Origin: an uncultured Porphyromonadaceae bacterium
GTDB lineage: Bacteria; Bacteroidota; Bacteroidia; Bacteroidales; UBA12481
Direction of reading: 5' to 3'
NCBI GenBank assembly: GCA_964355105.1
Contig: CAYHCO010000003.1
Span: 5,577 to 69,576 of the forward strand
Length of the DNA: 64,000 nucleotides
The position numbers and the translations under genes are program-made. The notes below the pieces were generated by a model. It ran no database searches. It was not told the origin of the DNA and saw nothing but the letters and a program-made list of their open reading frames with translations. Shown one piece after another: positions 24,711 through 32,991 of this stretch. Numbering within the stretch: the stretch's first letter is position 1; every line of letters starts with the position of its first letter.

Positions 24711-26714
24711 ATGAAACCCAGCCAACCCCCCCGGACTTTGCAATGCAACTTTTCTCCTTTCAAACTTTTCATACTTTACTTCCTGCCCTTCTGCCTTTTT
24801 GCCTTCCTGCCCTTATCTTCATCAGCCCAGGTTAAACCTCTCAGCACCGTTACCTGGCCCGAATCCGACAAGGATACCACGCATTACACCGTGAAGGGTT
24901 ACCGCCACGGAACCAGCGCATTTCCGCAGGTCAAACACAAGGAGGTGGAGTATACAGCCGGAGAAACACTCACCTGGGATCGGTATCACACTGTGGATGT
25001 GGTATATACCTGGCTGAAAAGGTGGGCTGAGAAATATCCCGAGCTGGTCGATCTGTATGAGGTGGGATTCAGTTATGAGGGTAGACCGATCCTGCAGGTT
25101 ACCCTCACCAATAAAAAGACCGGCAAGGATACCGACAAGCCGGCTGCCTTCTTCGAGGGTGGCAGGCATTCAGGTGAAGTCACCGCCACCGAGTCCGCCC
25201 TTTGGCTTCTAAATTATTTGCTGACGAATTACGGAAAAGATGCAGCAATAACTAAATTACTGGATACCAAATCGATATATATCAGACCCGAAAATAATCC
25301 GGACGGATCAAATATGTATCTGAATACCGCCCAAAGTAACCGGAGTACGGTGCGTCCAACGGATAATGATGGCGACGGTCTGCTGGATGAGGATCTGGGT
25401 GAAGACCTAGATGGCGATGGGGTGATCTATTCCATGCGCTGGCCCGATCTCGAAAAGGGAACCCTCATTCCCGATCCGCGCGACCCGTCGGGGCGGCTGA
25501 TGAAGCGGGTAGCCAAAGGCAAAGGTCTATGGTCGGGCGGTTCCGAAGGCTGGGATAATGACGGTGACGGGAAAATAAATGAGGACGGGGTCGGCGGTCT
25601 CGACCTGCATCGCAATTATCCGGAAAACTGGCGGCCCGATGAAAGAATGGATGCTACCGGCCGCGGATGGACGCAGGGCGGGGCGGGAGAATTTCCACTG
25701 AGCGAATCCGAGACCCGTGCCGTTTTCAGTTTTATGATCACCCATCCGAACATTTCGGTGGTCAATTCCATGGATACCCGGGTTCCCATGCATCTCCGCG
25801 GCCCCTCGACAGAGTTTTCGGCAAAGGGAATGTACGAAGCCGACCGGCATCTGCTTGAATATTACGATACATTGGGAATGAAGATCACCGGATATCCCTG
25901 GGCTGGAGATGTATATGACGAATACAACACCAAAGATCCGGTGAATGATTATACGGGAGACAGCGCCAAACCCGAACCGCTTTTCGGTCACGGTCCCGAT
26001 TTTGGATACAGCTATTTCGGAGCCGTCTGGTATGGCGATGAGCTATGGAACGGCGGACTGTACGCTGACCTGAACAAGGACGGAAAAAAAGATGAGCTGG
26101 ATATCCTTCTCTGGGATGACCGGGAGAATGGAGGTCGGGGTTTCCGGGAATGGACCACCGTGATGCATCCTTTTCTCGGCCCGGTAGAGATCGGCGGATA
26201 TCACCCCAAGTTTTTCGCCCAGAACCCACCACCACAGCACCTTGAGCCGTGGATCAGGAAACAGGCGATGTTTAACCTGGCCATGGCCGAGGATCTGCCG
26301 AATCTGGAATGGAAGTCCATTCAGGTCAGGAGGGCAAAAAGGCAAGAAGGCAAAAAGGAAAGTGATAAAATCATAAGCCAGAAGGACTCGGTGGATTATG
26401 TGGTTACGGTGAGCTGGGCAAATACCGCGCGTATTCCAACGGCACTCGATGTTGCCCAACGGGTGAAAATCGTGACTGAAGACCGCGCTGTGCTGGATTT
26501 CGACAAGAAATTGCTGGAGGGTGATGAGCCGAAAATCAAAATTGTGGATCCCAAATCTTTCGATAAATCCCGATACGCCCCGCACCTGTGGCAAAATCAG
26601 TCGGCCAGCGCCACTTTCACCGTCCGCGCCTATACCAAAGATCAAATCAAGGGCAAAGTGAAAGTTTTGTCGACACGCGGCGGCGTCTTGGAGAAGGAGA
26701 TTATTTTAGAATGA
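24711..26714 (+). CDS. M14-family zinc carboxypeptidase with Asp-rich calcium-loop-like insertions
   Basis: YHTVDVVYTWLKRWAEKYPELVDLYEVGFSYEGRPI...AAFFEGGRHSGEVTATES (HxxE zinc site). DNDGDGLLDEDLGEDLDGDG and DNDGDGKINEDG loops. Signal peptide ends ..LSSSAQ. Confidence 0.75.
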   Translation: MKPSQPPRTLQCNFSPFKLFILYFLPFCLFAFLPLSSSAQVKPLSTVTWPESDKDTTHYTVKGYRHGTSAFPQVKHKEVEYTAGETLTWDRYHTVDVVYTWLKRWAEKYPELVDLYEVGFSYEGRPILQVTLTNKKTGKDTDKPAAFFEGGRHSGEVTATESALWLLNYLLTNYGKDAAITKLLDTKSIYIRPENNPDGSNMYLNTAQSNRSTVRPTDNDGDGLLDEDLGEDLDGDGVIYSMRWPDLEKGTLIPDPRDPSGRLMKRVAKGKGLWSGGSEGWDNDGDGKINEDGVGGLDLHRNYPENWRPDERMDATGRGWTQGGAGEFPLSESETRAVFSFMITHPNISVVNSMDTRVPMHLRGPSTEFSAKGMYEADRHLLEYYDTLGMKITGYPWAGDVYDEYNTKDPVNDYTGDSAKPEPLFGHGPDFGYSYFGAVWYGDELWNGGLYADLNKDGKKDELDILLWDDRENGGRGFREWTTVMHPFLGPVEIGGYHPKFFAQNPPPQHLEPWIRKQAMFNLAMAEDLPNLEWKSIQVRRAKRQEGKKESDKIISQKDSVDYVVTVSWANTARIPTALDVAQRVKIVTEDRAVLDFDKKLLEGDEPKIKIVDPKSFDKSRYAPHLWQNQSASATFTVRAYTKDQIKGKVKVLSTRGGVLEKEIILE

Positions 26715-26813
26715 ATAGCAGGTTTAAAGGTCGAGATTCGAGCTTCGTCATTTTTACTTTGTTTTAACTAACTTTGAAAGTGTCCCCCGTTTGAATTTTC
26801 TCATCGATCAACC

Positions 26814-27809
26814 ATGAGGCTTCTTCACTATATCAGAACATTTCTGATGATCGGTCTGGCGGGACTCACCACCCTATCCTGCGATAACGAGCTGGTTGTT
26901 CAGTTGCCCGGCACCGAAAGCCTCCCCGTGGTTTACAGCGTACTCGAATTGCATCGGGATACCCTGTGTGTGAGGGTAACCAAGACTTTTTCCGTCGACG
27001 GCTCTGCCCTGAATTACGCCACGAACGAGGATTCCCTGTACTATCCGGAAGCCCGGGTATGGCTGGAGAAATGGAACGGCAACCTTCGCGTTAACAAGGC
27101 CGAACTCACCCGCGTAAACAGCGCTCCCCGGGAAAACGGGATCTTCACCAAGTCACCAAACTGGAACTACATCCTGGTGCGGTCGACCGAGACGGAAACC
27201 ATTTTTACCGGTACTGTTTCCACCCAGGAATACCATCTCACCGTTGAGATTCCCGGTAAACCGCTGATCTTTGCCAAAACCATGGCCTATCCCTCGGCAC
27301 GCCTCACCGCACCCCGACTGACCGCTACCCAGAATTTATTCCTCAATCCGCTGGAGTTTGCCTGGAAATCGGATGCACCCTATACCGAGCTGTACTTCAG
27401 ACTATCCTATACTGATGTTTATGCCGATACCAGCATGCCCAGGGTTGCCATCTGGCGAGAATATCATACCGCCAAACCCAATGACCCCTATCAGGATTTT
27501 ATCTTCGGGCAGGATATGATGAAACGTATTGCTGGTCAGATTAAAGCGGATTCCAGAGTCGACTATCGCCACATAACCGGATTACAAGCCGTGGTGGTGG
27601 GCATTCCAACCGACCTGTTCGACTATCGCCTGATGGTTCAGGCTCAGCCACCCGACCAGGCGGGGTATATCATAAGCAACATCGTTAACGGTCTGGGCAT
27701 GTTTACCTCTCAGACCATCAACGCTTTCGATCTGAATCCCGATCCTAAAACCCGGGATTCCATCATGGGCGGACAGTACACCAAACACCTGAATTTTAAA
27801 TGGTATTGA
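26814..27809 (+). CDS. putative lipoprotein (DUF4249-like); paralog of 1..842
   Basis: Lipobox LTTLSCDNE. N-terminal similarity to the truncated ORF at 1..842. Confidence 0.6.
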   Translation: MRLLHYIRTFLMIGLAGLTTLSCDNELVVQLPGTESLPVVYSVLELHRDTLCVRVTKTFSVDGSALNYATNEDSLYYPEARVWLEKWNGNLRVNKAELTRVNSAPRENGIFTKSPNWNYILVRSTETETIFTGTVSTQEYHLTVEIPGKPLIFAKTMAYPSARLTAPRLTATQNLFLNPLEFAWKSDAPYTELYFRLSYTDVYADTSMPRVAIWREYHTAKPNDPYQDFIFGQDMMKRIAGQIKADSRVDYRHITGLQAVVVGIPTDLFDYRLMVQAQPPDQAGYIISNIVNGLGMFTSQTINAFDLNPDPKTRDSIMGGQYTKHLNFKWY

Positions 27810-27810
27810 C

Positions 27811-28800
27811 ATGAAATTCAGGCTTTTGATATCAATATTGATCATCCGCACCCTCACTTCCTGCGAAACGGTAAATACGCCACCGATCCCTAATGCGTTT
27901 TCGATTCCCAAGATCGGAGATACCACCACCGTTTTCATGCTTGACGGCAAAAACTCCAGTGATAAGGAATGTTCCTATTTTGCCCTGAAATTTCGCTGGG
28001 ATACCAATGCCGACGGGATTTGGGACTCGGAATATTCCACAAAATCCAGCTATACCAGCCGGTTCATCCATACCGGCTACCAGAAATACATACTGGAAGT
28101 CGCTGATGATGAAGGCAGTACCGCCACTTACACCGATTCGGTTTTTATCCTGATAAAAAACAGCGTTTCCGATACCCTGACCGACCCCCGCGACGGTCAC
28201 CGGTACCGGATCGTGAAAATCGGTAACCGCTGGTGGATGGCTGACAACCTCAAATACGGAGAGCCCGTTGATGTGCAGATCCCTCTAACCGACAACGGCC
28301 AGCCGGAATACCTGTATTTCAATAACCGGGCAGATTACAGCCATTACGGCGGTCTGTACACCTGGGTGGAGGCCAATCTCTATCCTTCCAATTACGTATA
28401 CCGGGATATTTGTCCGCCGGGTTGGAGGATTCCTACGGTGGCCCAGTGGTCGGAAGTTCTCAAAAAATACTCCTCGCCCTACGATGTTTTGTATTATTTC
28501 GGGCCCAATTCCGTTGAAAATCTCGGCATCGGAATGAACGGGTATTACCGGTACGGAGATCCCGATACACCCATGAAAGGTGAATTCAAAGGTGATAGTA
28601 TCAATGTAAGATATTGGACATCAGCTTATACCGATATTGATTCCACGCGTTATTTTACCGGCATACACTTCACCCGCGATTCGAGCTACTTCGTTCAAAG
28701 CATTGTTCGCCCCGAGTGGATCTACCATCCCCGCTTTCCGGGATTCATTATCGGGTATAAAACCCCCGAAGCCTGTTACGTCAGATGCGTGAAAGAATAG
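27811..28800 (+). CDS. FISUMP-domain lipoprotein with PKD-like domain; paralog of 882..1865
   Basis: Lipobox LTSCE. FRWDTNADGIWDSEY...LEVADDEG (PKD-like). LTDPRDGHRYRIVKIGNRWWMADNLKYG and CPPGWRIPT (FISUMP signature). Confidence 0.75.
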   Translation: MKFRLLISILIIRTLTSCETVNTPPIPNAFSIPKIGDTTTVFMLDGKNSSDKECSYFALKFRWDTNADGIWDSEYSTKSSYTSRFIHTGYQKYILEVADDEGSTATYTDSVFILIKNSVSDTLTDPRDGHRYRIVKIGNRWWMADNLKYGEPVDVQIPLTDNGQPEYLYFNNRADYSHYGGLYTWVEANLYPSNYVYRDICPPGWRIPTVAQWSEVLKKYSSPYDVLYYFGPNSVENLGIGMNGYYRYGDPDTPMKGEFKGDSINVRYWTSAYTDIDSTRYFTGIHFTRDSSYFVQSIVRPEWIYHPRFPGFIIGYKTPEACYVRCVKE

Positions 28801-28912
28801 CCGACTGCCAACTGCCGGCTGCCAACTGCCTACTGCCAACTGCCGACTGTCGACTGTCGACTGCCGACTGTCTCGTCTTCCGGGTTACGCGTTACGCGTC
28901 TCGCGTCTCGAT
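28801..28912. repeat. heptanucleotide array, 16 units (10 nnnACTG/CTGCC-type + 6 CG-rich)
   Basis: A strict 7-bp phase from the nt after TAG 28800 through the 3' end of the minus-strand YfhO-like ORF. Confidence 0.9.
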
Positions 28913-31377
28913 CTCACTTCCTGGTACACCGTAAAACCAATGAGCAGCAATACCAGAAAACTGCCGATCAGACTGATCGTCTTGCCGGTTTTTAGCGTTT
29001 TCGGCTCGAAACGGAATTCTATCGAGTGCTGGCCGGCCGGAACTACCATTGCGCGTAGTGCGTAATCGGCACGGATATGATCAACCTTTTTGCCGTCGAT
29101 ATAGGCTTGCCAGCCATACGGATAGTAAATCTGGGAGAACACAGCCAGACGGTTATCGGTGGATTTTGATTCGTATTTCAGGTAATTCGGCTTGCACTCT
29201 TTCAGCGCGATCATGTCGGGCTCAGGGTTTGGCGACAACTGTGCCGGCAGGGAAGATAGCTTGTCGGTAAAGCGCTTATCAACAACTGCTTCCGATGAAA
29301 GCGGCGTAGTTTCAAGTGCATCCAATTCCTGGTTGGCATTCTCAACCCACTTGATACGGTCGGCAAACCAGGCATCGCCAAAAGCATGCGCATTCTTTAT
29401 CGGAGCCTGCGGCATGAGAATAACATACCTGGCGTTTAACATGTTCAGAACATTCATCGATCCTAAAGCGGCATCAAACTTTTCAAAAGTAGGGTTGTCC
29501 TGTTTTAGTGCCTCGAGAGCGCTGGCGTTGGGCACCAGGTACTTGCTGATCAGATCCTGGTAACGGCCGAGTTTTGCACCATGATAACCACCGATCGAAT
29601 TATGGAACCTCGAGGCCCGTGCACTCTGGAAAGTACTGGTGGTCATGTCGAGCACCCGGAACCCTTCCGTTTTGTCCTTTAAGATAAACTCATCAGCCGG
29701 AGATGCCTTGAAAGCCTGTTCAATCTGACGTTTGCTGATGAAATTGTCGCTGCCGAGGTAGCGTTTTCCCACCGACCACATATCTACCAGGATCAGGAGG
29801 GCGAGACCGATAAACAGGTATTCGCGCTTCATTTTTGATTTCAGGGAATACCACAGGATGCCGGCAGCTCCCAAAACAAATATCAGGGTTCTGAAAGCAT
29901 CGCGACGGGCAAGCGAGATTCGGTCGTCACGCAATGCAGTCTTGATCCAGTCGGGGAAGTTGGCGTCCGATGCGCCGGTAAATGAACCGAACATCGAAGG
30001 GATAACAGCAACCAGCAAGGCAACGCCACCCGCGATTCCGGCAGCATAATAAAGCTGTTTCAGTTTGACCGTAGCCTCTGTTCCCTGATCGGTAAACCAT
30101 TCCCTGATCGCCAGGAAGGCCAGCAGGGGTATTGCAAACTGGGCAATGATGAGCGTATTGGTCACATCGCGAAACTTGGAGTAGAGCGGGAAATTATTTA
30201 CAAAAAACTCGGTGAGGCCCATGAAATTGCGGCCCCAGGAAAGTAATATGGCAATGACGATGATGGACGCCAGCCACCATTTCTTCTTGCCCTTGACGAT
30301 AAACAGGCCCAGAACGGCAAGGAAAACCGATATGGCCCCGATATAATGCGGTCCGGAAGTACCCAGATATTGGCTGCCCCAGTAGGACAGGCCGCGCGTA
30401 TATTGTTTAGCCTGTTCTGCGGGTATCTGGTTGTTGATCATGGCTTTGTAAGTCTCGGATTCGGTTCCGACATCGGTGCTGGATCCACCACCACTGAAGT
30501 TCGGGATAAACAGGTTGATGGTTTCACCAACGCCGTAGCTCCAGTCGGTAATGTATTTCACGTCGAGTCCCTTGGTTTTGGTCTCGCCCGGGGTAACCAG
30601 TTCCGACTGCCCCCTGGTCGACTCTTTGCTGTACTCCTGCGTAGTGAGGAGTGCTGTCATGTTCGGCAGAATAGCCAGGACAAGCGCGATCAGCAGGGTG
30701 ACCCCGGATTTCATGAAGTGATCGAAATATTTTTCCCTGATGGCAAAGATCAGTTCAACAAGCATGTACACCAGGATGATCAATCCCAGATAATAAGATA
30801 CCTGCGGGTGGTTGGTGACCAGCTGGATCCCGAATCCCATGGCCGTGAGCAAACCTCCGGCCAGGTATTTTCTTTTGAAAACAAGGAAAACGCCCGCAAT
30901 CACCGGAGCCATATAGGCGATTGCATAGATCTTGCTCACATGACCCGCCGCGATCAGCTGCAGGTGATGGGAACCAAACCCGAATGCCACCGCGCCGGCC
31001 AGTGCAAGCCACTGACTGAGCTTCAGTGTTCGGAGCAGGAAATAGAATCCCAGCATGCAAACAAACAGGATAGCTACGGTATATCCGGGCAGGTAAAGCT
31101 TCAGCGCACGGAAAACCCAAAGGAAAATATTCCCCGACGGGGCCGATTTGATCTGGTAAGCAGGCATCCCGGAGAAGGCCGAGTTGGTCCATCCGGAATA
31201 TTCGCCGGTCTGTTTCTGGAACTGCTCAACCTCGTTGGCCATATTCTTAGCCTGAACGATATCGTTCTGATACAGGATCTTACCCTCAAAAACCGGACTC
31301 ATGAAACCAAGAGCCAGCACAGCCATGATGGCAACCATCAGCAATTCAGGCCAAACAGCGCGCAAAATATTTTTCAT
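28885..31377 (-). CDS. YfhO-family integral membrane protein (glycosyltransferase-like)
   Basis: 830 aa. N-terminus ...FEGKILYQNDIVQAKNMANEVEQFQKQTGEYSGWTNSAFSGMPAYQI is typical of Bacteroidota YfhO proteins. Many TM segments and a large C-terminal extracytoplasmic domain. Confidence 0.7.
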   Translation of the reverse strand: MKNILRAVWPELLMVAIMAVLALGFMSPVFEGKILYQNDIVQAKNMANEVEQFQKQTGEYSGWTNSAFSGMPAYQIKSAPSGNIFLWVFRALKLYLPGYTVAILFVCMLGFYFLLRTLKLSQWLALAGAVAFGFGSHHLQLIAAGHVSKIYAIAYMAPVIAGVFLVFKRKYLAGGLLTAMGFGIQLVTNHPQVSYYLGLIILVYMLVELIFAIREKYFDHFMKSGVTLLIALVLAILPNMTALLTTQEYSKESTRGQSELVTPGETKTKGLDVKYITDWSYGVGETINLFIPNFSGGGSSTDVGTESETYKAMINNQIPAEQAKQYTRGLSYWGSQYLGTSGPHYIGAISVFLAVLGLFIVKGKKKWWLASIIVIAILLSWGRNFMGLTEFFVNNFPLYSKFRDVTNTLIIAQFAIPLLAFLAIREWFTDQGTEATVKLKQLYYAAGIAGGVALLVAVIPSMFGSFTGASDANFPDWIKTALRDDRISLARRDAFRTLIFVLGAAGILWYSLKSKMKREYLFIGLALLILVDMWSVGKRYLGSDNFISKRQIEQAFKASPADEFILKDKTEGFRVLDMTTSTFQSARASRFHNSIGGYHGAKLGRYQDLISKYLVPNASALEALKQDNPTFEKFDAALGSMNVLNMLNARYVILMPQAPIKNAHAFGDAWFADRIKWVENANQELDALETTPLSSEAVVDKRFTDKLSSLPAQLSPNPEPDMIALKECKPNYLKYESKSTDNRLAVFSQIYYPYGWQAYIDGKKVDHIRADYALRAMVVPAGQHSIEFRFEPKTLKTGKTISLIGSFLVLLLIGFTVYQEVRSRRETRNA

Positions 31378-31379
31378 GA

Positions 31380-32924
31380 TTATTTCAGTAATAATTTCAT
31401 ATTTACCTTGGTACCAACCATTTCCCTCAGGGCGCTAATGGCAACCCTTTCCTGTTCCATCGTATCGCGGTTCCTGATGGTTACCGTATTGTCCTCACAG
31501 GTCTGGTGGTCGACCGTCACGCAGAACGGTGTTCCAATGGCGTCATGACGGCGATAACGTTTGCCGATTGAGTCTTTCTCGTCGTACTGGCAATAGAAAT
31601 CGAATTTCAGGTCATCGATGATCTGACGGGCAATCTCGGGCAGTCCGTCTTTTTTAACCAGCGGGAATACGGCAAGTTTTACCGGTGCCAGTGCCGGCGG
31701 GAGTTTCAGCACGGTGCGGATATCCGTTCCACCTTCGGCGGTTGGCGCCTCCTCTTCGGCGTAGGCGGCAGCGATTACCTGCAGGAACATGCGATCCACG
31801 CCGATTGATGTTTCAACGACGAAGGGCACAAAGGATTCGTTGGTTTCCGGATCGAAATAGCGGATTTTCCGTCCCGAAAATTCTTCATGACGGCTCAGGT
31901 CGAAATCGGTGCGGGAATGGATCCCCTCCACCTCCTTGAAACCGAACGGAAATTTATATTCGATATCTGTGGCGGCATTGGCATAATGCGCCAGCTTATC
32001 ATGATCATGAAAACGGTAATGTTCCGGGTTGAATCCCAAACCGCGATGCCACTTGATACGCAGATCTTTCCAATATTCAAACCAGGTAAGCTCCTCGCCC
32101 GGCTTCACGAAAAACTGCATCTCCATCTGTTCAAATTCACGCATGCGAAAGATGAACTGTCTGGCAACAATCTCGTTACGGAAAGCTTTTCCGATCTGTG
32201 CGATACCGAAAGGAAGCTTCATGCGACCGGTTTTCTGGACATTCAGATAGTTCACGAAAATTCCCTGCGCCGTTTCCGGTCTCAGGTAAATCTTCAGTGC
32301 ACCGTCGGCCGTGGAGCCCATCTCGGTGGAAAACATCAGGTTAAACTGCCTGACTTCGGTCCAGTTGCGGGTACCCGATACCGGGCAAACGATTTCGCTG
32401 TCGATGATGATCTGCCTAAGTTCGGTCAGGTCGCCATCATTCAAAGCTTTGGCAAAGCGTGCATGCAATGCGTCGATCTTGGTCTGGATTTCGGTAACCC
32501 TGGGATTGGTCTGACGAAACATGGTCTCATCAAAAGAATCGCCAAAACGCTTTTTGGCTTTTTCCACTTCCTTATCGATCTTGCCTTCCATCTTCGCCAT
32601 CTCATCCTCGATGAGCACATCGGCACGATAGCGCTTTTTGGAATCTTTATTGTCGATCAGGGGATCATTGAACGCATCCACATGTCCGGAAGCCTTCCAG
32701 ATAGTGGGATGCATGAATATTGCAGAATCAATTCCAACTACATTCTCATGCAGCAAAACCATGGAATCCCACCAATATTTTTTGATATTGTTTTTCAGCT
32801 CAACGCCGTACTGGCCATAATCGTAAACAGCACTCAGACCGTCGTAAATTTCCGACGACTGGAAAACGAAACCGTATTCCTTACAATGGGATACCAGTTT
32901 TTTAAAAACTTCTTCTTGATTCAT
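31380..32924 (-). CDS. glyQS: glycine--tRNA ligase (class II, homodimeric type)
   Basis: FKKLVSHCKEYGFVFQSSEIYDGLSAVYDYGQYGVELKNNIKKYWW. FRNEIVARQFIFRMREFEQMEMQFF (motif 2 region). Confidence 0.9.
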   Translation of the reverse strand: MNQEEVFKKLVSHCKEYGFVFQSSEIYDGLSAVYDYGQYGVELKNNIKKYWWDSMVLLHENVVGIDSAIFMHPTIWKASGHVDAFNDPLIDNKDSKKRYRADVLIEDEMAKMEGKIDKEVEKAKKRFGDSFDETMFRQTNPRVTEIQTKIDALHARFAKALNDGDLTELRQIIIDSEIVCPVSGTRNWTEVRQFNLMFSTEMGSTADGALKIYLRPETAQGIFVNYLNVQKTGRMKLPFGIAQIGKAFRNEIVARQFIFRMREFEQMEMQFFVKPGEELTWFEYWKDLRIKWHRGLGFNPEHYRFHDHDKLAHYANAATDIEYKFPFGFKEVEGIHSRTDFDLSRHEEFSGRKIRYFDPETNESFVPFVVETSIGVDRMFLQVIAAAYAEEEAPTAEGGTDIRTVLKLPPALAPVKLAVFPLVKKDGLPEIARQIIDDLKFDFYCQYDEKDSIGKRYRRHDAIGTPFCVTVDHQTCEDNTVTIRNRDTMEQERVAISALREMVGTKVNMKLLLK

Positions 32925-32949
32925 AATGATCTATCGGTATATCAGGCTC

Positions 32950-32957
32950 CAAAAATA
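32950..32957 (-). promoter_or_regulatory. -7 box TATTTTTG for glyQS
   Basis: Reverse complement of caaaaata, 26 nt upstream of the ATG at 32924. Confidence 0.4.
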
Positions 32958-32991
32958 GGGTAATTCCTTAATTTATCCGATTTTTGCACCA

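Noticed and set aside
28801-28912. Heptamer arrays, the 40-bp TTAGCG repeat and the hairpin families as possible CRISPR arrays.
   Set aside because: The repeat units are contiguous (7 bp) or lack unique 25-40-bp spacers. There are only 2-3 copies of the longer units. No cas genes or leader-like sequence are present in the window.
30346-32963. Long plus-strand ORFs (30346..31548, 400 aa; 31887..32963, 358 aa) antisense to the YfhO-like and glyQS genes. Similar long antisense ORFs lie at 14583..15302, 32968..33714, 3913..4542, 40672..41980 and 13023..13547.
   Set aside because: The opposite strand carries full-length, clearly recognisable conserved proteins (GlyRS, NadB, UppP, QueA and others). 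The antisense translations are low-complexity (Arg/Gly/His/Pro-rich) with no motifs. These are typical shadow ORFs.
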